Shown here in pieces: positions 26,578 through 37,795 of a stretch of DNA of 64,000 nucleotides. Numbering within the stretch: the stretch's first letter is position 1; every line of letters begins with the position of its first letter. The DNA is from Oikopleura dioica (taxonomy: Eukaryota; Animalia; Chordata). The notes beneath the pieces are model-generated. The model made no database searches. It saw only the letters and a program-made list of their open reading frames with translations, and had not been told where the DNA came from. The translations under genes and the position numbers were made by a program. The stretch covers positions 6,138,001-6,202,000 of the forward strand of contig OU015567.1 of the NCBI GenBank assembly GCA_907165135.1, written 5' to 3'.

Positions 26578-28474
26578 ATGATAAAAAGTATCCGAGTAGT
26601 TAGACCTTCCATCAGAAATCGGACAGATAAACGTTCGCCCTTCAGTCCTCGTCAGAACTGGTTCAGGTGACGATTATTCAAAATTTACTGACGTGACAAA
26701 AAATTTTAGTTCTCCGAAATTAGCGAATTCTCGAAAGGGTTATCTTTCCTCAATTTACAAGAAATCGGAGCAATCCAGTCAGAATAAAGTGATCTTTGAA
26801 ACCGAAAGAGCGCCAGTAGAATCTACAGTCACCGTGAGACGCAACCATGTCGATCAGTTTACCGACCGAAATTTCATACTAATCGATTTCGAAGCCATCA
26901 ACAGCGAAATCTGCGAATTCCCGGCAATTTGGGCACGCAACGGCGAAATCAAAGCCGTCTTCCACGCATACTGCCGGCCAACAAAGGCGATCCGACCAGA
27001 TCGATACAATGGCTTTTACAAAGACTTTCTTGGACACAACTTGAAGTTTTATCTGAAACAGAACTCGTTTAAAAACGTCGAGTGGCAGTTTTGCAAGTGG
27101 TGCAAGCATCACAAACTTATGGTGGAGACGCAGAAGGGGATTTTTAATATTGCTAGTGATACTGCCATTGTGACCCAAGGAACTGAAGATTTCAACTTCC
27201 TCAATACTTCACTTCTCAATAATAAAGGTTAGAGTTATGAGACTTATGTTGTTACAGTTGGTCACCTTTTATACAACAGGCTGTCGAAAACTTTTTTTTG
27301 TTTCATTATTAGAGAACACAGAAATGCATCTTTTTTCTATGAGAAAAAATAAGTACTGATGATTACGTTTAAAATTGCATACAACGACATGAATGGCAGG
27401 CATGAGTTCGGCGGCGCTCTTCAGTTTTCCACTCGGACGCCACCGTCCACAAAATCGAGAATATATAAACGAAAAGATCGCCACGAAAGAATCATCTACT
27501 CATCTTCAACAGCCAACCAACCAAGCAATAAAAAATCAAAACATGCTCTTCAACACTCTCATTCTCGCTTTTTCTGTTTCCTTCGTCGCCTGCGATGGAA
27601 TCAGCCACCAGCGCTACATCAACAATGCTAACAATCATATCCAGACAAGCATTGACTATCAGATGGGAAGACGAACGAACCCGGACATGGGTTACTTCGG
27701 CTACGACCAAGCCCGACTTGTCTACACCCGACCCAACCCAAGAAACCGCTTCGGAGCTGCCCGATCCTCCCTCCGAAATCGAATGAAGTCTCACTACCGA
27801 AACCGAATGATCTAAGAGTTTTTCCAACACTTTCAAAGTCCTTTTTACCAATTCATTACAATGAAAGTCTCTTCTGTATAACCTTCCTCTCTGTATATCT
27901 GCCAATTCTTAATAAAAAATTCAAAAATTGAAACAAATAAGATATACAATCTTACAATTTTCGTCGGTTGACTTCGTAAGCTCACCCCTAATCATCAATA
28001 GTCAAAATGATCTCATCCTCTTAGGACTCTTAAACTATACTCTCTGACAGTCTGTTCAAACTAGAATTTAAGCAGTTTATCCTGTTTTGAGTAGTGATTT
28101 TATCAAGCGCCAAGCTGCCTAAAATCTAAAACAATGATTTTTTGTTTGCAAATTCTTATAATATATGACAAATATTATCACTATCATTTCACTATCACTT
28201 TCAAACAACGACCATTCTAAGTAATCATTTAGTTTCAGCGAAGGAACGCCCTTGCTACAAATATTTCTACGACCTTGACGCTTTATGGATTCACGCAATC
28301 GGCAGCGATCCTCCTCGCTCACCACGAATGCACAACATGGCCAAGGATCAAAACTGGCCCGATGTTCCCAACGCCCATTCTGGCATTCATGACACACTTC
28401 AGGTCTTGGTTCAGACTTTTATTCATTTTTTATTGTTATGCAAACTTTCTCAGACAAAATTGACAATTCTGTGA
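26578..28474 (+). CDS. ERI1-family DEDDh 3'-5' exonuclease (exons 26578-~26666, ~26709-27227, 28239-28474)
   Basis: ExoI ILIDFEA..EICEFP, FHAYCRP, ExoII VTQGTEDF; a phase-1 intron 27228-28238 joins to RPCYKYFYDL and ExoIII AHSGIHD. Confidence 0.8.
27411..27468 (+). promoter_or_regulatory. TATA promoter of P2, inside the exonuclease intron
   Basis: GCGGCGCTCTTC (27411), CTCGGACGCCACCGT (27432), GAGAATATATAA (27457), matching the P1 promoter. Confidence 0.75.
27543..27815 (+). CDS. Small secreted basic peptide, copy P2 (90 aa), nested in exonuclease intron
   Basis: ATG 27543 after an A/C-rich leader; 90% identical to P1; AATAAA near 27911. Confidence 0.85.
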   Translation: MLFNTLILAFSVSFVACDGISHQRYINNANNHIQTSIDYQMGRRTNPDMGYFGYDQARLVYTRPNPRNRFGAARSSLRNRMKSHYRNRMI

Positions 28475-28482
28475 CAGAGTTT

Positions 28483-28710
28483 CTAGTTTTGTTGATGATG
28501 TTTGATGAAGAGCATTTTTGAGTATCGTCGTCGGTCACGTCTTTCGTTTGGGTAGCTGACGATACGGGCCATTCCGAGATAGTTGTTCTTGATTCCCGAA
28601 TCGGGGTAGCTGCCCATTTGCTTCATTAGATGAGTGTAGGCACTATTGCGACCCCGGTTGAAGTTGATGGAGTCAGCTGAGACAAGAGCGAGAAATGGAA
28701 AGAGATTCAT
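28483..28710 (-). CDS. Small secreted basic peptide P3 (75 aa), diverged paralog of P1/P2
   Basis: Signal-like MNLFPFLALVSA; shares D.I...R, QMG, Y.G, AR(I/L)V..PN.R; TATATAAA at 28782-28792 and A/C-rich leader. Confidence 0.7.
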   Translation of the reverse strand: MNLFPFLALVSADSINFNRGRNSAYTHLMKQMGSYPDSGIKNNYLGMARIVSYPNERRDRRRYSKMLFIKHHQQN

Positions 28711-29122
28711 GTTTTTGATGTTTTTTTGAGTGGTTGTTTTTTGTTGTAATTGTTGATGTCCCGAAGGTTTAACCGCTGTGCTTTTATATAAAATTTTTGA
28801 GGCGCTCTTTTGGGAATAAGGGGGGTAGAGGGTCGTTTCTCCAGGCACCAGAGATCGACGATCAGAATCTAGTACTGCTCACTAATAATACTGGATCGGA
28901 TTTAGAAAGATGATTATATCATAAATATCATTTATAAATCTCATAAATAAACCGAACCATCATAGCTATATTACGTTTTCGACGGATTAAGAAGGAAGCT
29001 AACAAGCGACTCGACGGAAAATGTTTTACGGAGAGCGCTGAGAAAAAATCAAAATCATCAATCAGCGCCAACGAAAAAATGAATTGATCCTTATCCAAAA
29101 AATAACGTTTTGTTTTGCTAGA

Positions 29123-31329
29123 ATGAGCGGGGGAATGTACTGCAATGATGATATGGGTGCGCTGGTGATGGATATTGGCTCGCATTCGGTCAAAGCTGGT
29201 TTTGCTGGTGAAGAGCATCCGAAAATTTATTTCAATAATGTTAACGGAAGACACGTGGACAAGGAGACAGGACAAGTTACGAGGATCTTCAGAGATGAGT
29301 TTCTCAACATCCCCAAGTCTAATGTCGAGGTGCGCGACCCCCCTATCTTCCTCTTTCATCCCATTTTAAGATAGAAACATGCATGAACAAAGGATACATC
29401 GAAAACTGGAATCTATTCGAAGAACTGATGGACCACATCCTCACAAAACGGCTCGACGTCGAGCCTGAATTCCACCCCATTCTTTTCACAGAACAGGTAA
29501 AGTGCCTCTTCTCTCATTCCCTCATTATTTGAAAAAGGCACGTGCGCCGCCTGCAATTCGCGAAAAACTGTTAGAAATAATGATGGAGAAGTTCAAAATT
29601 CCCGCTTTTTTACACTGCCAAGAATCCAGTACTGGCTTGCTACGCAAATGGCCGAGCAAGTGGAATCGTTCTTGATGCTGGTGCAACTCATACAACCGCT
29701 TCAGCAGGTATTAGCTTTGATGTCAAATAAAAGCCTTGTATAAGTTAGTATAACCTTAAATTTAAGCTGATGTAGCTTGTTCGATGATTTACTTGAGTGC
29801 GTTAATCACACTCCAGCTTCTCTTCTTTAGAAGGAAATAGAAAGGAATAGAGCGTTCAAATTCGAAGTTGCTTCCCTGATGAATCACTTGATTGATGTTA
29901 TTTTTTTTAAAGTTATGGAAGGATACGTTATCAAAAACGCGATCATCCAAAGTCCCATCGGAGGTGACTACATCACTCGCAATGCTCTTCAACTCCTGAA
30001 AGCGTCTGACGAGAAACTTCATCTTCCCTACGAAATATCGCATAAAGAAGAGCTCAAACCTGGTCAGACAGGTGAGCCTTTCTCTTTCATCAACAATGGG
30101 CAAAGTTCGCTTTCTAGCGCCGGTTTTTCACCTGAAGAAAAATTTGCCAGAAGTGACGAACTCGTGGCGCGCGTATCAGGAAACAAGATTGGCGCAAGAC
30201 TGGGTTCATCAGATTATTCAAGTCTCTGAAAACGAGTAAGAGGGTCCCTATTGAAGCTTTGACTCTACCTTTTTTCAAGCTACCGGCCAGAAGAAGCCGC
30301 GATGCGTCCTTCCATAGAATACGAGTTTCCAAATGGCGCGAGTGTTGGCTACGGAGTAGATCGCTTTCGACTGGCTGAACCGCTCTTCAACACGAGAATG
30401 GTTGATAACAAGAACTCCCTCCTTGGCGTCGGGCATTTGATAACGTAAGAATAAGACTTTTTTCGATGAATTTTAAAGAACCATAAAAAGCAGAAAAGTT
30501 AGATCATATGGTATTTCAAAATTGACGCTAGAGTAAGGCTCAGGAAGACCAACCGTGCACCACTCCATGAACTTAAAATGTGGACAACCCTAACCATCCA
30601 CAGATTCTGAAGCCACGCCTCTATTTTTACCACTAAAATGGGTACCGTTATTACGGCACAGAAACGTGTGGTGCGCCTCACGAATTTACTCTATGAAGAC
30701 CACCTGACGCAAGTTTCGTGTGTGACCCACTGAACGGATTTTCAATGACGAGCTCAACTTTCTTCGATAATTTTAAAGTGCGATATGACTGATTGTAATC
30801 TCCGTATGATTTATGGTTCAAATTTTGACCTTCAAAGTATCGGTATCATCTTGGCACTATCATATGATTTACAAATTATCATATAAATTGTCGCCCTTCG
30901 GACTGAATACGTATTCATAGAACGTCACTTCACTACTGCGAAAACGAAATACGCCCGCAACTCGTCTCCAGCGTCATTCTTACTGGAGGAAATTGCAATC
31001 TTGCAGGGTATGATTTTTGATTTTCTTCTTCGATTCTTTTCAAACTGAAATTGGTAGTTTTGTTGATCGAATCAACATGGAGCTGCAGAAAACGCCGCCG
31101 CACATGAAATTCAAAATCGCAAACGGACAGCCAGGTGCCGTACATCAAACCGATCGTCGATTTGGGTAAAAAACGCGTCCCTCGGGCAGCTTTATGTTTT
31201 CGTTTTCTGTTTAGTAACTGGATCGGCGGCTCGATCATTGCCTCACTGCCATCATTTGCGCCCATGTGGGTTTCGGCGAAAGATTACGCTGAAAGTGGCG
31301 TCAAAATCTTTGAGAGAAAGTGCATCTAA
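29123..31329 (+). CDS. ACTL6A: Actin-related protein BAF53/Arp4
   Basis: [52 protein letters not shown]; one apparent +1 T frameshift at 29606-29611. Confidence 0.9.
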
Positions 31330-31623
31330 ACGAGAGAAACGACATGTTCCAATTCTACAAACTGCTACTGCTTTAAATCCTTCTTTTCTTCTACTGACTA
31401 TTTCTATTCTAAGAACTGCCGAATTTCCATTCTACATGTATAAAAAATCCTTATCCAACATCTATTTGCTTTTTTTATCGATGGGCCATCGACGATGGCT
31501 TTTTAGGAATAGGGCCGAAGTCTTGCTCCAGAATTCTCTAGAATAGTTTGATCGACCATCTTTCTAGATATTTTGCGGGATAAAGAGATTGATTTTCATT
31601 TTGAAATTCAGAGAATATCGACA

Positions 31624-34370
31624 ATGAATCGGCTTGACGAAACTGCGCAAAAAGAGAGTTCGACGGGAAAGGGCTTGTCGGACTCTGGCTATAAAACAGA
31701 GCCAAATACGAGCCAGGGGAACGCAACAGTGACAAGTGAGGCGGATATTGGGATGAATTACGAAGAGATCTGCAAAGCCCTCGCTCCGGAAATACGCCCA
31801 GAGGAGTATAGAAGAGTAACGGCGACTGTCGAACCTGAGGTCGTCGAGAAAGACCTTTTTCTCCAGAGAATAATGATCAATGAAGCGTTGTTGCCACTGA
31901 GAATGATGCTCCCAGAGGGAACTTCAAAGACAGGCCTTCTTTTGAAGGTAATGCAAATATTTGATACATTATAATGATATATAATAATAATATTATACAA
32001 TAATATTAACAATTATACTAAATATTTGATGCAATTAACAAATGTACTTTAGAACTTCAGAGGACTTGTAGAAACATATCCCAAAGTACTCTCATTTTAT
32101 TTGCCTCTTCTGGAAATCCACCGCCATCGATCAGAGCGATCCAAGTTCCGCGACATACTCACTGAAGTAAAAGCAAATCTGAACAGCGTTATCGGCATTC
32201 AAAGAGTTTGTGAAAGAATAGATGCCAGGTAAGATGTCAGAAGGAAATAAATAACTACCATCGTCCTAGATACTTTTCAAAATCGTCGATCATCAGTTTG
32301 AATCCTGAAACAACGATTAATTCGATTCAACATTACAGTGGCAATCAAAGTAGCGGTATGCGTCGGTCGGTCTTCACGTCTTCCTCCCGCCTCACTCATC
32401 CCTCTATTTCGCGAGACGAAAGCAATCCAATCAAAATCAGAAAGACCGATCAAAACTCGCCCAAGTCCAACATTCAGAGTCCAGCAGACAAATTGCCTGG
32501 AAAAGAAAATGTTCTAGCGGCGGGCGAAGTGAGCCGAAAGAGTGTTACGCCGGAGAAAATCGCTGTCAACGATATCAAAGAAGAGATCAAGTCGAAACTG
32601 GCCGTGCCAAAAGTCGATCCAGTCGAAGAAAAAGAGAACATCGAAGTCAGCCGAAAAAAGACCTCATTCAAAGTGCCAATTCAAACTCCGCGCTCGGCTT
32701 CTGCCAGTTCCAGTAGCCACACCCCTCGGGCTCAGCAGCAGCAGACAACAACGAGGCAAACGAAAACAGTTCAAATCAAGGGCAAAACGTACCAAATACT
32801 CGACAAGCTCGGCCAGGGCGGATTCAGCAAGGTGTACAAGTGTCTCGACGATCATCATGGAATGTGCGCTCTCAAATATGTGGATTTAGCCAAGGTAAGT
32901 TCTCGTTGAAGATTGGGGTCGCTTTCCTACCAATTTTTTCTTAGGTCGACAAGAACAACTTGGACGGCATCAAAAACGAGATCTACCACTTGGAAAAGCT
33001 CCAAGGAAAGCCAAACATAATCCAACTCTACGGGCACGATATCCAGGATAGCAGAAATTTATTCATCATTCTTGAGTACGGCGAAATAGATTTCCAGGTG
33101 CGAATTCGGCCTTACTTTCTCCCTTGTTAACTTTTTCTAGCAATATATTCTGCGTCATCCGAAGCTTTCTCCCACCGATATCAAATTCTTCTGGAAACAG
33201 GTAATTTTTAACAGCTCATTTAAGAAAGCAATAAAGAATTTTATCTAAATTCATATTGCTTTCGATAACTACCGGCTTTTTTAACAAAGCCGGCTTTTTT
33301 GTACACCCAGTGATGACGAAAAGGCGAATCGGAAAGTGGCAAAGCGCACATACGCGACTTGGTCACGATATTCAGATACCGGCTCTTGTCAAAAAAATCC
33401 ACAAGTAGTCGCATTTACTCGTGATACAAAAATGTTTATAAAGAATCCTGACCAGAGCACAAAACGGGCATTTTCCAAGTTCCGAAAATAGTGGCTGGAA
33501 AATGTTTGGATTTCTTTTCACATTGTTTTCTTTTTTTCAACAAGTCGGTGCGGCTACTGGATTATGTCGACAAAGTTCTTTAGTAATCTGAGGGTTGTGC
33601 TCTTTTTTCTCTCATTTTTCTGGTTTTACCGGGCAGTCGTTAATCACGCCTTTTCTGAGTAGATGGTGACCGCCGTTGGAGTCGTCCATGACTGTGGAAT
33701 TATTCACCGAGACCTGAAGCCGTGTAATTTTGTCCTTGTGCAAGGAGAAGTAAAACTGATAGACTTTGGTATCGCCAACTCAATTGAGACAGATGTGACG
33801 AGGTAAGGAGTTCCAAACGGAAAGTTTTGAAGTAGAATTTGTTCAGCATGGCCTCGGATATGATTGGAACCCTCAATTATATGTCACCTGAGCAACTAAA
33901 AGAGACTGAAACTGGCTCAAAAGTTGTAAAAGTTGGCAAGTGGACAGATACGTGGTCTCTTGGATGTATTCTCTATTTAATGGCGTATGGGAAGTTGCCT
34001 TTTCAAGAATTCAAGGTACTTAAGCGATCAAGGAAATGAGTTTTACCGTATGCAAATAGAATAGATTAGTACATTGGAGCATCAAAGGCCGCAAACATGT
34101 TGACGAGAATAAATTTTCTTTTAGAATCAAATGATGAAAATCGCCAAGATCTGTGACGACTCTCACGTGATCGATTTCCCGATGCACGAATGCCTCGAGA
34201 TCATGCCAATGCTGAGACAGTGTCTGGATCGCTCGCCGAAATCGCGCCCACTGCCGCACGAGATCCTCTCATCCTTTTTTTACTCGGCAAATTTGGTCGA
34301 AAAGCTCAAGCATGTGCATTCGTACATGAGCGACAAAGAGCTGCAGCAACTATACAAAATGATAACATAA
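31624..34370 (+). CDS. TTK: Mps1/TTK dual-specificity mitotic kinase
   Basis: [65 protein letters not shown]; N-terminal helical region. Confidence 0.92.
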
Positions 34371-34678
34371 AAACTTAAAACATTCACTTCGATATAAAAA
34401 GACCCCTGCCGTTAACTTTCATCCATTCCATTTTTTTCACAAATTCACTAAATAAAGCACACGAAAATAAATGTATATTTCTATGACATCTTCTCCTCGT
34501 TACGCTTCTGGGTTGCACTTAACTTGTGTGCGTAATGCTATGATCAAGAAGTTTCTCTCTTACTCAAAGTTGTCAGTGACAATCGCGAGCTAAGTCAAAT
34601 CTAAAAGGGCAGAAAGATTACGGGAGCAGCTTAAAAGCAGGACTCGCAGCGTACTTTCGTTAGTGAGAGAGCAAAGCC

Positions 34679-36976
34679 ATGGAGACAGATGCCTCCATGA
34701 ATATTATTTATAACGAGAATAGCAGGAATCGTTTTTTTTTACCGAGCTAACGGAAAATAGCAAAACAGGAAGAAAAAATCGGTGAAAGTGATAAAATCAG
34801 TGAAGATGATTTTCAGCCAGCCGCAGATTTCCAACCAGGCTTAGAGAAAAGATCTTCCTTTTGTTATCAACGATCTATATCTGCCTCAGTAAGTTCTTGA
34901 CTGAAGCTTTTCTTGTTGTTTTAAGGGTAATGGTATACATCGGCGCGGCGCTGCTCGCTCGATCCGCGCTCCGCCAGAACATATTTCTCACGAGGCCGTA
35001 AAATCTGAACGGATCGAGATTTTTTCGAGATTTAAACAGATTCGGAATCCTCAAAGTCTCTTCTATAAACTGATCGAAAATTAAAACAATTTTCAAAGAG
35101 GAACAATGTGAAAAGTGCCAGTTTCCTTCAAATAACATTTTCTCCATAATTTCTCATCCAAATTTTTTGAAAATTAGACTGTCTTGTAGAGAATCGTCAG
35201 CTCTACAAATCCTGTTTTTCAGATTTTTGTTTTGAGCTTTCATTAATTTTACATCGCAATTTGGAAAGAGCGCTACTTCTTCTCGCGCCTCTCCGCTCTC
35301 TATTTCTCACGCCACGCCTTCACAGCGCTGATTTCAAGGTCGCTTATTAAAATCCGAAGAGCTTGAAACAAAAATCTGAAAAACAGGATTTGTAGAGCTG
35401 ACGATTCTCTACAAGACAGTCTAATTTTCAAAAATTTTGGATGAGAATTGTCGAAGAAAATGTCATTTGAAGGAAACTGGCAATTTTCAGATAGTTCCTC
35501 TTTGACAATCATTACGATTTTTGCTGTGTTAATAGAAGTAACTTTGATGATTCAGAATCTTTTTAAATTTCGAAAAAATCTTCATCCGTTCAGATTTTAC
35601 GGCCTCGTGAGAAATAGGTTCTGGCGGAGCGCAGATCGACCGAGCAGCGACGCGCCGATGTATACCATTACCCTTAAACTTCAGTCCGCGGTTTCTAACT
35701 CCTCAGTCAAATCTACCTCTTCTCCAATTTATGAGTTTTCGAAGCATGCTTTGGACAGAACTAATGACCTTCTTGATACGATAGGTACCATAAGATATAG
35801 CAAGTATCATGACAATATGAACAAAAAGTTGGGTATGCGAACGGAGGAGATGAAACTAGTCAAAAGTGCGTGCTGGTGATTAAAGATAGAAAAAACGAAG
35901 ATTGGCCGTCGATCTTTTCCAAGCTGAAAACTGCGACCAAGGTCTATCAATTTGCGTTTGAAGAAATTTACATTCTCTGCACATCGACTGGAATGTCCCA
36001 AATCTTCGTCAAAGCCACGGACGAGCGAATACCAGCAGATATAGTGCTTATCCGGTAAAATAAGCGTGAGATATTCGTATTTATATTTTCAGTGAAAAGC
36101 CGTTCAAGAAGGAGCACAAGGCGATTTTACTAGCGCTCAAAGTTGGAGGCATTCGGACGGTGAATTCGATAGATTCTATCAATGCGTTCTTTGAGCCGCT
36201 GTGGATAATGACTGATTTGAAGAACTCGCTGAATAGATCAGGTCCTGGTTTAGTGACGTTTATCTAAGAGATCACCTCATCTAAAGGTGCACCTTTTGGA
36301 TCTTGAATAATTTGAAATCAGTCTATCAGCGCCTAATTCGACTAACTACTCAATTATCTGCACATCAACAGATGGTCTGACGAAAATAAAAGAGTTCCCA
36401 GCGACAATCATCTCTGGAAATAATAACGACACGTGTGTAAGGATCCGGTCTACGGAGCAAATTGGCAATATAGCCGCTCTTTTAAAGAAAGCGTCTGATT
36501 ACGTCGTCGTAGAGCCACAAAGTATCGTCCCTGAAAATCGGCTTTTTCTCAAGTGATTTAAGTGAGGACGCTGTTTGAAGTTCATATTGTCAAAATTGGA
36601 GATTATGTCCGAGTCTTCAAGGTACTTTGAATGATTGATGCAGTTAAAATGTTTGAAGATCACGCCTCAAGCCAAGTCAATGGTCTTCGTAGAGCCGATC
36701 GACTTTTCTAGCGAGTTCAAGCATTGGATGGAGCATCTGGCCCTGCTTCATCCAGACATGGACATTGTTGGCATCAGAGCTCATTTTACCACCGAAATGA
36801 CTTGGAAAATCTATCAGGTTCAATTCTCAAAACATTTCTTCATCTCAACTGTTCAAAAAAAGGTCGAATCAACATGGCTAACACTTGAAAAACTCATGCG
36901 CGCTGAGATTTTGGAGCAGATGGCAGCGCTTGTCATCAAAAAGCTCGAGAAATGCGATTCACCTTCAACCAGGTAG
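34679..36976 (+). CDS. Divergent synapsin-like (C-domain, ATP-grasp fold) gene, multi-exon
   Basis: Exon peptides VLVIKD..EDWPSIFSK, KVYQFAFEEI, ADIVLIRE, GGIRTVNSIDSI..F..LWI, EFPATI, YVVVEP, FKHWMEH..DMDIVGI follow the synapsin C domain in order; junctions near 34688 and 36240-36330 unresolved. Confidence 0.65.
34925..35673. mobile_element. Foldback MITE with TTAA target-site duplication (Kolobok-like GG...CC termini)
   Basis: TTAA|GGGTAATGGTATACATCGGCGCG ... CGCGCCGATGTATACCATTACCC|TTAA with ~330-bp imperfect inverted arms; no ORF with family motifs. Confidence 0.9.
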
Positions 36977-37199
36977 CCCAGCAAAATGGCCCTAAAGGGT
37001 GCTTTCGTGAGCAAAAAACCTAGAATTTCTAGGGCTTTTCGCCAATTTAGCCGAACTCGACGGCGCAAATCCAGTCTTCCCCTGGCAAAAGAACAGTTTT
37101 CTTCGTCTATGACTTGATTGATTCAAATTTTTCAGTAAAAAAGACTCAATTCTACATTTTTTTATATCTTGAATGAATTTATTCGAGCAAGAGAGCAAT

Positions 37200-37795
37200 T
37201 TAGCAGATCTTGTTGATGTTGACCTTGTTGCCGTTCTTGCTGCCCCAGCCGTCTTCGTTGCAGTAGATCTTCTTGGTCTTGGGCTTTTCGCAAAGTGGTT
37301 TGCACTTCTTTCGCTTGGGGCCGTCGCTGCCGTTCTTCTTGTGCTTGCACTTGAAGAACTCGGGATCCGCCTGAAAATTTTTATATAAAGAAGCGTGAGA
37401 ACATTGATTTCAATAAAGACAATTTGATTCAGAATCAAATAAGAGGAGCTTACGAGACCTAAAGGTAACATTTACGTCAAATAATCTCAAAAATTGGGCA
37501 ACTGATTTGATTAAATTGAGATGATTCTCTCTAGTCTTTGATTGAGAACTTTGAATAAACATTCTTGTTCAGTAAAAGCTTCTGTTCTCAGCGCCAAAAA
37601 AAAATTTTAAGAAAAACCGTCAATTTTTTCATGGGCAAGCTTTCCTCCCTGTATGCGAAATGCTACGTCTACTGTAGATAACTGTACCTTGACACCCTGG
37701 CACATCTGAGCGCCCTTCTCGTCAGCGTTATTCTTTCCGCGCTCGGAGTCGTCTTGGGCGAGGGCGGCGACAACGAAAAGTGAGAAAATTTTCAT
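37200..37795 (-). CDS. Small secreted Lys-rich 6-Cys protein (92 aa, exons 37795-37688 and 37370-37200)
   Basis: Signal MKIFSLFVVAALA; phase-0 GT-AG intron gives ...MCQGVK/ADPEFFKCKHKKNGSDGPKRKKCKPLCEKPKTKKIYCNEDGWGSKNGNKVNINKIC*. Confidence 0.8.

Noticed and set aside
28119-28397. Cys-rich minus-strand ORF MCHECQNG...
   Set aside because: It is antisense to the exonuclease ExoIII exon, which has the conserved motifs.
33310-33451. Possible C/D snoRNA in a TTK intron (GTGATGA ... CTGA)
   Set aside because: No terminal stem or recognisable guide; boxes could be chance.
34875-35879. Similar ORFs on opposite strands (34875-35147, 35300-35512, 35448-35879)
   Set aside because: Produced by the inverted arms of the MITE; only the 3' part of 35448-35879 is a real exon.
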